Shown: one piece after another, positions 42,935 to 52,419 of the stretch
How positions within the stretch are numbered: the first letter of the stretch is position 1
How the letters are laid out: each line of letters begins with the position of its first letter
Assembly: GCA_963702205.1 (NCBI GenBank)
Contig: OY969724.1
Location: 1,888,001-1,952,000, forward strand
Direction: 5' to 3'
Origin: an uncultured candidate division Zixibacteria bacterium
GTDB taxonomy: Bacteria; Zixibacteria; MSB-5A5; GN15; PGXB01
DNA length: 64,000 bases
Notes under the pieces: model-generated
The model's database searches: none
The model's input: only the letters and a program-made list of their open reading frames with translations
What the model was told of the DNA's origin: nothing
Made by a program: the position numbers and the translations under genes

Positions 42935-42963
42935 TTGACTTTGCCAGCGCCCGGCTCTACAAT
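42935..42963 (+). promoter_or_regulatory. sigma70-type promoter of the mla operon
   Basis: TTGACT-17-TACAAT. Confidence 0.6.
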
Positions 42964-43002
42964 AAAGACCAGTCGTACTGACCCGGAGGATAAAGACCTT
43001 TT

Positions 43003-43773
43003 ATGATAGAGAGATTCAAACGATTCGCCCTGGAAGCGCAGGAGTTGTTTTTCTTCTCGCTGAAGGCCATGCGCTCCACGGTGGGGCGGCCCATTTATCC
43101 GGCCGAAACGCTGGAACAGATGTATATTGTGGGGATTGGCTCGCTTTTCCTTATAATATTGACCGGCATTTCCGCCGGACAGGCGATGGCTCTTCAGTTT
43201 TCCAATGAGCTGGCCGAATTCGGCAGTAAAGCCTATCTGGGCCGGGTGCTGACCATTGCTATTATCCGCGAATTGGGACCGGTGCTGACCGGTCTTATGG
43301 TGGCTGCCCGCGTTGCGGCCGGAATTACCGCTGAAATCGGTTCCATGAAATCTTCCAACCAGATCGACGCCCTGGTCGCTTTCGGGATCGACCCGATGCG
43401 CAAACTGGTCGCCCCGCGAATTATTGCGCTGGTCATCATGGTCCCGGCGCTGACAGTCGTGTGTGACTTTATCGCTTTGGTGGGCGGCTGGATCGTGGCG
43501 GTCTTTATCTCCAACCTTACTTCGACCACCTATATCGCTGCCGTAAAAGAGAGATTGATTTTCGGCAACATCTTTATCGGGCTGGTCAAGCCGGTTCTGT
43601 TTTCCTTTATCATAGCTTTTATAGCCTGTTACAAGGGTTTTGCCTCGGCCGGAGGGACCAAAGGCGTCGGGCGGGCCACGACCGAATCGGTTATGCTGGC
43701 CTCGATCACGGTCCTTATAAGCAACTTCTTTATCACCAAAATCGTCTGGTCGTTAATCAAGGGGTACTTATGA
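43003..43773 (+). CDS. mlaE: MlaE family ABC permease
   Basis: RELGPVLTGLMVAARV, AEIGSM, QIDAL, GVGRATT. Confidence 0.92.
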   Translation: MIERFKRFALEAQELFFFSLKAMRSTVGRPIYPAETLEQMYIVGIGSLFLIILTGISAGQAMALQFSNELAEFGSKAYLGRVLTIAIIRELGPVLTGLMVAARVAAGITAEIGSMKSSNQIDALVAFGIDPMRKLVAPRIIALVIMVPALTVVCDFIALVGGWIVAVFISNLTSTTYIAAVKERLIFGNIFIGLVKPVLFSFIIAFIACYKGFASAGGTKGVGRATTESVMLASITVLISNFFITKIVWSLIKGYL

Positions 43774-44537
43774 TCCGGTTCGAAAACGTCTGCTTCGGTT
43801 ACGGGGAAAAAGAAGTTCTGCACGATGTAACTTTCGAAATCCCCAACGGCGATTCCCGGATCATCATGGGTCATTCCGGGTCGGGCAAATCGACCATTTT
43901 ACGACTTATACTCGGCCTGAGCTGCCCGCAGTCCGGACGGATCGTTATCGACGATGAAGATATATGCGGCCTTCAAGAATCGAGGCTGCGCGAGATTCGC
44001 AAACGGATCGGGATGGTTTTCCAGGACGGGGCTCTGTTCGATTCGATGACCGTCGGCGAAAACGTCGGTTTTTATCTTCTGGAGCATACCGATATGTCGC
44101 TTGATGAGGTGGAGGCAAAAGTGCGCGAGATGCTCGGATTTGTCGGCCTGTCCGAAGACATTATCGACAAGCTGCCCGACGAGCTTTCCGGCGGGATGCA
44201 AAGGCGGGTCGCGATCAGCCGGGCTTTGCTTTCGACCAATCCCAAAATTATGCTTTACGACGAACCGACCACCGGCCTCGATCCGGAAATGACGCGGAAT
44301 GTCATAACCCTGATAAATCATCTGTCGGAAGTCAAACAGGTCTCTTCGATAGTCGTCACGCATCAGATCGCCGACGCCCTCGAAGTAGCCGATAAGTTTA
44401 TCATCATCGACAAAGGCGTCGTCGTATTCGACGGAAACATCATCGAGCTGCGCGAATCCAGGGATACGGGTGTGGTTAATTTCCTGCAACCGTTTCGGGA
44501 TTCTATTGCCAATGTCCATAACATTGATTTTATATAA
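43770..44537 (+). CDS. mlaF: MlaF family ABC ATPase
   Basis: GHSGSGKST, FQDGALFDS, LSGGMQRR, YDEPTTGLDP. Confidence 0.9.
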   Translation: MIRFENVCFGYGEKEVLHDVTFEIPNGDSRIIMGHSGSGKSTILRLILGLSCPQSGRIVIDDEDICGLQESRLREIRKRIGMVFQDGALFDSMTVGENVGFYLLEHTDMSLDEVEAKVREMLGFVGLSEDIIDKLPDELSGGMQRRVAISRALLSTNPKIMLYDEPTTGLDPEMTRNVITLINHLSEVKQVSSIVVTHQIADALEVADKFIIIDKGVVVFDGNIIELRESRDTGVVNFLQPFRDSIANVHNIDFI

Positions 44538-44549
44538 GTTGAGGATAGC

Positions 44550-45485
44550 ATGAAAAGATCGAACAGGATCAAATGGGGTGAAATAAGAGTCGGCCTCCTG
44601 ATCACCCTCGTTATAGTCATTCTGATTTGGGCGTCTTTTACCGGCGGCGGCACCTCGATATTTGAACCCAAAGTCGTCTATACGGCCTATTTCAAGAACG
44701 CCAACGGGCTGGTTCCGGGAGCTCCGGTCTGGCTGTCCGGGGTGGAAGTGGGCAATGTTAAATCCCTGACCTTCGTCAATCTCGATGAAGAACGCCAGCT
44801 GGAAATGAAGCTGACCGTCCTGGCCAAACACCGCCATATGGTAACCGAAGACGCCTCTATCACACTCGGGACCATCGGGCTTCTCGGTGATAAGTACGTT
44901 GAAATCACGCCCGGCGATTTGAGCAAACCGCAAATTCCCGAGGGCGGTGTCATCATGACCAAAAAGGCCGAAAACCTGTCGGCCGTCTTCGCCGAAGGCA
45001 GCGAAGCTTTGTCGTCAACACAGCAGCTCTTGAAAAACTTGTCCGATGTTACCAGCAAAATCAGGCGCGGCGAGGGATCGGTCGGCCGAATGTTCGCCGA
45101 GGATACGCTCTATAACGAACTGACTACTTTACTTGGTGCCGTGACCGTACTGGTTGGCGACTTACAGAAAAATCAGGAAAGACTGACGGCTTCCATCGAA
45201 AACGTTTCGAGCGATATCGGTAACATCTCCGATAAAGTAAATTCCAACAGCGGGACAATCGGCAAGCTGCTATCCGACCCGGGCGTTTACGATAACATTC
45301 ATTCGTCGACCGGTCGTCTGGATTCCATACTGGCGAAAGTGGAGCGTGGCGACGGTACCGCCGGGGCGATGGTCAATGACGCCGAGCTGTATGAAGAAGT
45401 CAAAAATCTGGTAGTCCGCATCGATAATCTTGTCGCCGACATCGAGAAGAACCCGCGTAAATATTTCAAGTTTTCGGTGTTCTGA
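44550..45485 (+). CDS. mlaD: MlaD/MCE family protein with helical extension
   Basis: GLVPGAPVWLSGVEVG, GLLGDKY, repeated G-T/S-x-G-x-L/M motifs. Confidence 0.9.
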   Translation: MKRSNRIKWGEIRVGLLITLVIVILIWASFTGGGTSIFEPKVVYTAYFKNANGLVPGAPVWLSGVEVGNVKSLTFVNLDEERQLEMKLTVLAKHRHMVTEDASITLGTIGLLGDKYVEITPGDLSKPQIPEGGVIMTKKAENLSAVFAEGSEALSSTQQLLKNLSDVTSKIRRGEGSVGRMFAEDTLYNELTTLLGAVTVLVGDLQKNQERLTASIENVSSDIGNISDKVNSNSGTIGKLLSDPGVYDNIHSSTGRLDSILAKVERGDGTAGAMVNDAELYEEVKNLVVRIDNLVADIEKNPRKYFKFSVF

Positions 45486-45690
45486 TTTTTTGCGGCCGTG
45501 CTCTTTTATCAGGAGGAGCGGGTCACACGCACGGTATTGTTGACAGTCTTCGCAGGTCTTGTAGTCCACCCAACGGATGGGGAAATAATTCGAGCAAAAT
45601 AGCCACACAATATTTCCGATAATCCGGGCTGAAGTGGTTTTTAAACGCAATTTACGAAAATACGTCTTATATTATATTACTGGGGGAAAT

Positions 45691-46329
45691 ATGATGAAGA
45701 AGCAAACGTTGTTTGTCGTGTTTATTTTTGTCTTTTTATTCGCCGGACCGGGCCTTTTTGCCCAGGAATTTCCAAACCCGGTTTCCCATGATTTCCCGAC
45801 CAATCAGGGCAATTTCTTTTTCTCGGGCGGTGTCGAGTACTCTCGTTATTATGACCATTCCGCCGACTCCCCACGGGCCGCTTTTAAAACCTCGCTCGGT
45901 ATTATGATGTTTACCGATATCGGTATCGCGATGAGATTGTCATACAATAAAAGCTTGTCCGAGGAGCGTCATTTTACCGATTTCGAGATAGGGCCTCAAT
46001 TGCTATGGTTCATCGGCGGAACCATGCACCGGGACAAAATCAAGGGCTCGATTTATCATTATTTGGGGCTGACCGCTTTCGGGCGCTTTCGTCAAGACTA
46101 TTACAATTTAACCGTCCCCGAGCCGCAGTATGTAAAGTCCGCTATTTCTTACGTGCCATACAATAATGACGGCTTCGGTTATGGTCTTACTTTCGGTTTT
46201 GGCGCGGGAATATCAAACTCATCGGTGCTGTTTTTTGAGGCCAATGCCAGTTTAGGCACGGACCGGACCGATCAAAATCCGGAATTCAATACCGATCTGG
46301 GAATAGTGCTGTATCATTTTTTCCTGTGA
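45691..46329 (+). CDS. putative outer-membrane beta-barrel protein
   Basis: Signal peptide, alternating aromatic/Gly strands, C-terminal GIVLYHFFL. Confidence 0.6.
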   Translation: MMKKQTLFVVFIFVFLFAGPGLFAQEFPNPVSHDFPTNQGNFFFSGGVEYSRYYDHSADSPRAAFKTSLGIMMFTDIGIAMRLSYNKSLSEERHFTDFEIGPQLLWFIGGTMHRDKIKGSIYHYLGLTAFGRFRQDYYNLTVPEPQYVKSAISYVPYNNDGFGYGLTFGFGAGISNSSVLFFEANASLGTDRTDQNPEFNTDLGIVLYHFFL

Positions 46330-46530
46330 TTATCACTTTAAAATTCACCAGTTTGCCCCGGCATTTGCCCTCAAATTTTCGACAATTGACGGGCTGATTC
46401 AGCCCATTGTTTTCGGCCCGGAGGCGTATTTTCGCAAACTTCTCATAAACCGCTTGACTTATGTATTTAACCCTATATTATGCCCGCTTGAACACCACAA
46501 ATGAGTAGCTTTACTCAAAAGGAGCGGTAA

Positions 46531-48793
46531 ATGATTACCAAGCAGCAGGCTCTTGATTATCATTTCAAGGGCAAACCGGGCAAAATCGAGGTCACCTCGA
46601 CCAAGCCCTGCGTGACTCAGCGTGACCTTTCCATGGCATACACTCCGGGCGTCGCCGAGCCGTGCAAAGAAATCCATAAAACACCATCCGATGTATATAA
46701 GTACACCGCCAAGGGCAACCTCGTGGCGGTTGTCTCGAACGGTACGGCTGTGCTGGGGCTGGGCAATATTGGCGCCGCCGCAGGAAAGCCGGTTATGGAA
46801 GGCAAGGGCGTCCTGTTCAAGAGATTCGCCGACGTCGACGTCTTCGATATCGAATTGAAAACAGAAAATCCCGATGAAATTATCAAGTGCTGTCAGCTTC
46901 TCGAGCCGACTTTCGGCGGTATCAACCTCGAGGACATCAAAGCGCCCGAGTGTTTTTATATTGAAGAAACTCTCAAAGCATCAATGAATATCCCGGTCTT
47001 TCACGATGACCAGCACGGCACGGCGATTATTTCCGGTGCCGCACTTTTAAACGCACTTGAGGTCGTCAAGAAGGATATCGGCAAAATCCGGGTCGTTTTC
47101 TCCGGCGCCGGTGCCGCCGGTATTGCCTGCGCCAAACTCTATATTATGCTCGGCGTCAATCCGGATAACATTCTTATGGTCGATTCCAAGGGCGTCATGT
47201 ACGAAGGTCGCGGTGACAATTATAATAAGTACAAAGCCGAATTCGTCCGCAAGACCGACTGCAAGACACTGGCCGATGCCATGAAAGACGCCGATGCCTT
47301 TGTCGGAGTTTCGGTCGCCAATACGGTCACCAAGGACATGGTCAAATCGATGGGGGCCGATCCGATCATCTTCGCCATGGCCAATCCCGATCCGGAAATT
47401 ACTTACCCCGACGCCGTGTCGGTGCGCAAGGACGTCATTGTGGCGACCGGCCGTTCGGATTATCCCAACCAGGTTAATAACGTGCTGGGATTCCCGTTCA
47501 TCTTCCGTGGTGCTCTGGATACGCACGCCAGTGCGATCAACGATGAAATGAAAATCGCGGCGGTCAAGGCGCTGGCCGAGCTGGCCAAGCAGGACGTGCC
47601 CGAGGAAGTCGCCAAGGCCTACGGCGTCGATCATTTCAAATTCGGGCGGGATTATATTATTCCCAAGCCGTTCGATCAGAGAGGTACTGATGTGGGAAGC
47701 GTCGGCCGTAGCCAGGGCCGCGATGGACACCGGCGTGGCCCGTCAGAAAATCGACCTTGAAGAATACAAGGAAATGCTGGAGAGGCGGGTCAGCAAAGGC
47801 CGTATCTTCATGAATAAAATTTTCAGCAAGGCCAAACAGGATCCCAAAAAGGTCGTCTTCCCGGAAGGCGAATCATCGCGTATTTTGCGCGCGGCACACA
47901 GCGTGCAACGCGACGGCATCGCCACGCCAATAGTCCTGGGCGACCCCGATAAAATCAGAAAAGTGGCGGAAGAGTATGAAATCGACGTGGATGATCTGGA
48001 AATCATCAATCCCAGCAAGTCGGACAAGCTGGATAAATACGCCGATGCGTATTATCAAAAACGCTGCCGCCGAGGCATCAATATGGTCAGCGCCCGGGGC
48101 AAAATGCACAGCCCGGTTTATTTCGGCATGATGATGCTGGAAATGGGCGATTGCGACGCTCTTGTCAGCGGTGTCCTGAGTGATTATACGACCACGATTC
48201 ATCCGGCTCTGGAAATTATCCCGCTCAACCCGGGAATATCGCGCGTCTCGGGGCTTTATGCCATGATTTCCAAGAATGAATTATACATGCTGGCCGATAC
48301 GACCGTCAATATTGATCCCACGGCCGACGAATTGGCCGAGATAGCCTTCTGTGCCGCCAACGTGACTCGTGCTTTCGACATCGTCCCTCGGGTGGCCATG
48401 CTGTCGTTTTCCAACTTTGGATCCGCACGATACCCGGAATCGACCAAGGTCACGAAAGCCACCGAGATTATCAAGAAACGTGACCCCGAATTGATAGTCG
48501 AAGGGGAAATGCAGGCCGACACGGCTCTCATGCCGGATTTGATCAAACAATATTTCCCGTTCTCACGGCTCCAGGATAAAGCCAATGTCTTTATCTTCCC
48601 CGACCTGAATTCCGGCAATATCGCTTACAAGCTGCTCGAACGTATGGGTGGTCTGACGGCGATCGGGCCGATACTTCTCGGTTTTTCCAAGGCCGTCCAC
48701 GTGCTGCAGCGTTCGGCCGATGTCAACCAGATTGTCGATATGGTTTCGGTAGCCGTGGTTGACGCTCAACTCGACGAAAAAAATAAACGCTGA
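46531..48793 (+). CDS. maeB: NADP-dependent malic enzyme with PTA-like domain, split by a +1 frameshift near 47683
   Basis: [49 protein letters not shown], then PTA-like domain ([21 protein letters not shown]). Confidence 0.92.
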
Positions 48794-48804
48794 TTCCACT
48801 TAAG

Positions 48805-48836
48805 AAAAAAGCCCCGACTTGTCGGGGCTTTTTTTT
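48805..48836. terminator. bidirectional intrinsic terminator
   Basis: A6-GCCCCGAC-TT-GTCGGGGC-T8. Confidence 0.9.
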
Positions 48837-48865
48837 AATGAGCAGGAGGTGTATATTTGTTGCTG

Positions 48866-49810
48866 CTAAATTTCGTTAACGTAAATATTCCCGGCCGACG
48901 TTCTTAAGTACAATTCCGGTCCGCCGCCGTTGATTTTTCCGCGCAATGCCGATCTGCTGTATCTTCCGTTCATTTCGACCTTAAAATCAGACTCGACCCG
49001 GCCGGCGTTCGTACGGGCATCGAGATCGACCGCGACGTCGTTGGCAAGATAGACCGTGACGCTTCCGCCCGACGTGCTCAGACGGCAATCGGCACCGGGC
49101 TGGTTGGATATCTGGGCTCTGACGCTGCCGCCCGACGTCGTGGCGTCGATCGATCCCTTGACTTCATCGACGCTGATGCTGCCGCCGGACGTCTTGGCCA
49201 GGACTTCACCGGCGACGTGCCCTATATCGATGCTCCCGCCGGACGTTCTGACGTCGGCCATTCCTTCGCAGCTTTTGAGAGTTATACTGCCTCCGGAAGT
49301 GCGGGCATCCACGGGGCCTTTGATATGGTTGAATTTCATGCTGCCGCCCGAAGTACTGGCTCTGACCGTTCCTTCGAGATTGTCGACATAAATCGATCCG
49401 CCGCCGGTTTCGAGGTCGACGTTGAATTTTTCCGGGATGCGGGCGAGGAATTCCACACGCAGCTTGTTGTTGTTCGAATTAAACCACTGAGAATCCCGAG
49501 AATAATCGCCCTGGATTTTGATTTCATTACTGTCCTGCTCGAAATCGAGCGTGAAGTCATCGAATATTTCATCCGCCCGGGATTCACGTGAAGTGCGCGC
49601 GGTCAGCAGCACCCGAATTTCGACTTTATCTCCGTCGGTCGTCTGAATTTCGATGGATCCCCGGTCGGAGTCGATTAACAGGGTACCGCCCGGTTTTACG
49701 TCGAAATCGCGATTGACTTCCTTTTCGATATCGGCCCACGACGCCGCCGTACAGAAGAAGAAAGTGAGGATTAAAGTTAAAATTATTTTTGATGGACTTT
49801 TTGTGGCCAT
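48866..49810 (-). CDS. DUF4097-type beta-strand repeat secreted protein
   Basis: Signal peptide; repeated TSGGS motifs; C-terminal INGGGP.L.LRTS.GNI. Confidence 0.85.
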   Translation of the reverse strand: MATKSPSKIILTLILTFFFCTAASWADIEKEVNRDFDVKPGGTLLIDSDRGSIEIQTTDGDKVEIRVLLTARTSRESRADEIFDDFTLDFEQDSNEIKIQGDYSRDSQWFNSNNNKLRVEFLARIPEKFNVDLETGGGSIYVDNLEGTVRASTSGGSMKFNHIKGPVDARTSGGSITLKSCEGMADVRTSGGSIDIGHVAGEVLAKTSGGSISVDEVKGSIDATTSGGSVRAQISNQPGADCRLSTSGGSVTVYLANDVAVDLDARTNAGRVESDFKVEMNGRYSRSALRGKINGGGPELYLRTSAGNIYVNEI

Positions 49811-49957
49811 GTCATGGTCTCCCCGCATAAGTTCCTATTTTTAATATTAATCTACGGACGCAATTGGATAAGGATTCAAAAAACTGATTAATTTTTAAAG
49901 TGAGAATTTTGGCAGAGCCACCCCGAACGAACGGGGCGGCTCGCCAGAATGATTCGA

Positions 49958-51421
49958 TTATTGACCCGAACAGTTAGTAAGCCATTCGTTGCAGGTGCAG
50001 GGAGCAACGCCGGCATTATAGATATTATTTATAAGCTTGAGAATATCCGTCAGGTCGACGGCGCAGTCGCAGTTGGCGTCGGCAGCGTCAATAAAACCGC
50101 CGTAGGGATTTTCTTCGTGGCCATAAACTACGCCGACTATGCCGAGGATATCGACAAGATTGCGGTCGAATCCACCGTCGAAATCACCCATGAGAACGTT
50201 GCATGGTATTGTCCCGAAATCGACCCGCTGTCCGTGGCTTCCGGCGGCATCGACGCCAATCAATACGGGCTGCGGACCGGAGTATGTGATGGTCATCAAA
50301 TCTGTGAAGTCACCGGCCGGGAACGTCGCACCGGAAAAACTATAGGCATTGAAAATCAATGTGTCTCCATGCGTGAAATTACCCATATCCATATCCGGTA
50401 TCGAGGGCACAAGATTGGCAGAGACATCGGTTACCCCCGGTGCAAAGTACGATAATTCGAAAGCTCTCACGTTTTCGGCGAAAGCGGTTTTAACCACAAT
50501 TGAACCCGCATTTTCCTGCAGGATTATTCCCCCTGCGACAGGAGGTCCCGAAGGATCGCCCGGCTCGATTTCGTCGTGCAGGACCGCCAATAAATATCCG
50601 AAGTCCTGAAGAGTCAGAGGGACACCGTCCTGGTTTAAATCTGTTGTCGATATCTGCCTCGAGGGGCTTATGGTAAAAGCGATCTCACCGTAAACGAAAT
50701 AGTTTGCAAATACGACGGCATCGGCAATTTCATAAGGTATGCCGTTCATATTGATATCGCCGATCATGCCCGGGTCCGGCAACACGATTTTAAGCGCCTG
50801 ATTGTCAAATCCAAAGGCCGAATAATATTCCACGCCGGCCGGAGAACCATCGTACGATATCTTCAGAATTTTCGCGAAATGATTTGGGAAGTGCGTCGAG
50901 GCGTCACCATCGATCTTAATTATCAAATCTCCAAGAGCGGCGGATTGATAGGTGGTCACCTGCATCCCTGAAAAGCCGGGCAAGAGAGTAATGTCATAAG
51001 AAACCAAATCCGGCATGTGAATTAACAGGCTGACGGTTTTCATGGAATCGTCAAAGTATGAGTAGACATCAATGGTGGAATCGGTAAGGCCGGTATAAAC
51101 GTCGCCAAGAATGCTGTCGGCCGGATTGGCCTCGAGGCCCTGGAATATGATCCTGAGCATCATGACATAATCGGCCACAGACAGCACGAGTTCATCCCCG
51201 TTGATATCGGTCGCAGCGATCTGGGCCTGCGGATCGATAGTAAAGACACTGACACCGTTTGTGAAATAACCCTCGAATAATTGGGCGTCGGCCAGTTCAA
51301 AGGGGATACCGTTTAAATTGAGGTCTCCGCGCTCGGCCTGAGCGGACAGCGGCACGACTGTGAGAAGGATGGCCGCGAAAATTAAATAGTGACAGAGCTT
51401 GGATCCGGCGGATCGGGACAT
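49958..51421 (-). CDS. secreted multi-dockerin-like domain protein
   Basis: AGGAGG before ATG 51421; signal peptide; GDLNLNGIPFELAD..DINGD, GDINMNGIPYEIAD..DLNQDG, GDFDGG..ADANCDCAVDLTDI. Confidence 0.75.
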   Translation of the reverse strand: MSRSAGSKLCHYLIFAAILLTVVPLSAQAERGDLNLNGIPFELADAQLFEGYFTNGVSVFTIDPQAQIAATDINGDELVLSVADYVMMLRIIFQGLEANPADSILGDVYTGLTDSTIDVYSYFDDSMKTVSLLIHMPDLVSYDITLLPGFSGMQVTTYQSAALGDLIIKIDGDASTHFPNHFAKILKISYDGSPAGVEYYSAFGFDNQALKIVLPDPGMIGDINMNGIPYEIADAVVFANYFVYGEIAFTISPSRQISTTDLNQDGVPLTLQDFGYLLAVLHDEIEPGDPSGPPVAGGIILQENAGSIVVKTAFAENVRAFELSYFAPGVTDVSANLVPSIPDMDMGNFTHGDTLIFNAYSFSGATFPAGDFTDLMTITYSGPQPVLIGVDAAGSHGQRVDFGTIPCNVLMGDFDGGFDRNLVDILGIVGVVYGHEENPYGGFIDAADANCDCAVDLTDILKLINNIYNAGVAPCTCNEWLTNCSGQ

Positions 51422-51582
51422 AGCGCCTCCTGGTTTTTGATAGGTTAGTTTTAAGTCCCTTAGCGAAACTGCGTCAGATAATCCCTTATTGAGTTTTAAG
51501 TTGTAACTGCGGAGATGATTAAATATAAGAATAACAGGCGGACTTGTCAATGATTGAATTGGGGAAGATGTAAGTTTGGGCG

Positions 51583-51636
51583 CTCACCCAATCCCATACA
51601 TGTACTGCAGAAGTTTCAGCGTTCCGTTCTTGCCGT
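51583..51636 (-). repeat. 54-bp duplicate of the helicase 3' end (52419..52472)
   Basis: 51/54 identical, including the TGA stop. Confidence 0.95.
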
Positions 51637-52277
51637 TGGGTGGCCCCTCCAAACTTGTCTGGAGGGGGGACTATATTAGAGTATCTTTAAATATATCTAT
51701 TACCAAAGGTCCAGAACCTGGATTTTCCAATTCAGAAAAGCTGGACCAGTACCAATCCTTAACATCCGAAACCAGTTTTTTTCTGATTGGATTATTATGT
51801 ATGTAGTAAATACTGTTCTTAATTGCCCCAGATGAAATAATGTTTCTATCGTAGCCGCCACCATCCTGCCAAATCCTGTAGGGGCTATTTTTATCGTTTG
51901 TCTGATATAGTCTAAGCCGCGTCAAATCATTTTTTCTAGAGAATATAAGCTCGCGCCTTGAGACGGATTGTTTTATTGAGAGAAGGATTTTTGCAATTGA
52001 ATGTATTTCAGTCCGAGGCCAAATTAATAAGTGAACATGATTGGGCATAAATACGTACGCCAACAAACTGAAATTGTGAATATATTTTGCACGTTTGATG
52101 GCTTCGACAAGATAGCGGCATGTCCTGTCGCACTCCAGCAATGGTTGGTTTTTGTAACAAGCAAATGTTAATTCGTGGACGTGACCGGGGATTTCAAACC
52201 TGCGGCGTTTCAATTTAAATCAAGTGATTCAGTATTTTTGAAATATCCACCCCAAACAAGTTTGGGGTGGCCACCCA
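51637..52277 (-). mobile_element. REPtron-like module: tnpA(REP) flanked by inverted REP hairpins
   Basis: REP-L 51637-51667 and REP-R 52247-52277 in inverted orientation; visibly AT-rich gene. Confidence 0.8.
51671..52213 (-). CDS. REP-associated tyrosine transposase (RAYT, HUH Y1, IS200/IS605 superfamily)
   Basis: HELTFAC, YVFMPNHVHLL (HUH), IWQDGGGYDRNI, YIHNNP, W.WSS. Confidence 0.9.
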   Translation of the reverse strand: MKRRRFEIPGHVHELTFACYKNQPLLECDRTCRYLVEAIKRAKYIHNFSLLAYVFMPNHVHLLIWPRTEIHSIAKILLSIKQSVSRRELIFSRKNDLTRLRLYQTNDKNSPYRIWQDGGGYDRNIISSGAIKNSIYYIHNNPIRKKLVSDVKDWYWSSFSELENPGSGPLVIDIFKDTLI

Positions 52278-52419
52278 GCCAAATTGTCAGCTGATTTTTG
52301 TAAAGGCCCTGCAAAAAAGACATTTAGCGTCTCTTTCTTTCTGGCGGAAAATATCTCATCCTCAATTAGTTTTGCCAACAAGCGGATTTGTTTCTTTTTA
52401 TAATTATTCTCTCGCTCCC

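Noticed and set aside
46531..48793. maeB, the kinase and the oxidoreductase as true pseudogenes
   Set aside because: Each has a single +1 lesion with otherwise intact halves and a shared GTAC context, so a sequencing artefact is more likely.
49060..49420. Periodic GCCGCCNGA-like repeats as a CRISPR array or other DNA repeat
   Set aside because: They encode the TSGGS protein repeats of the DUF4097 gene and are degenerate at third codon positions.
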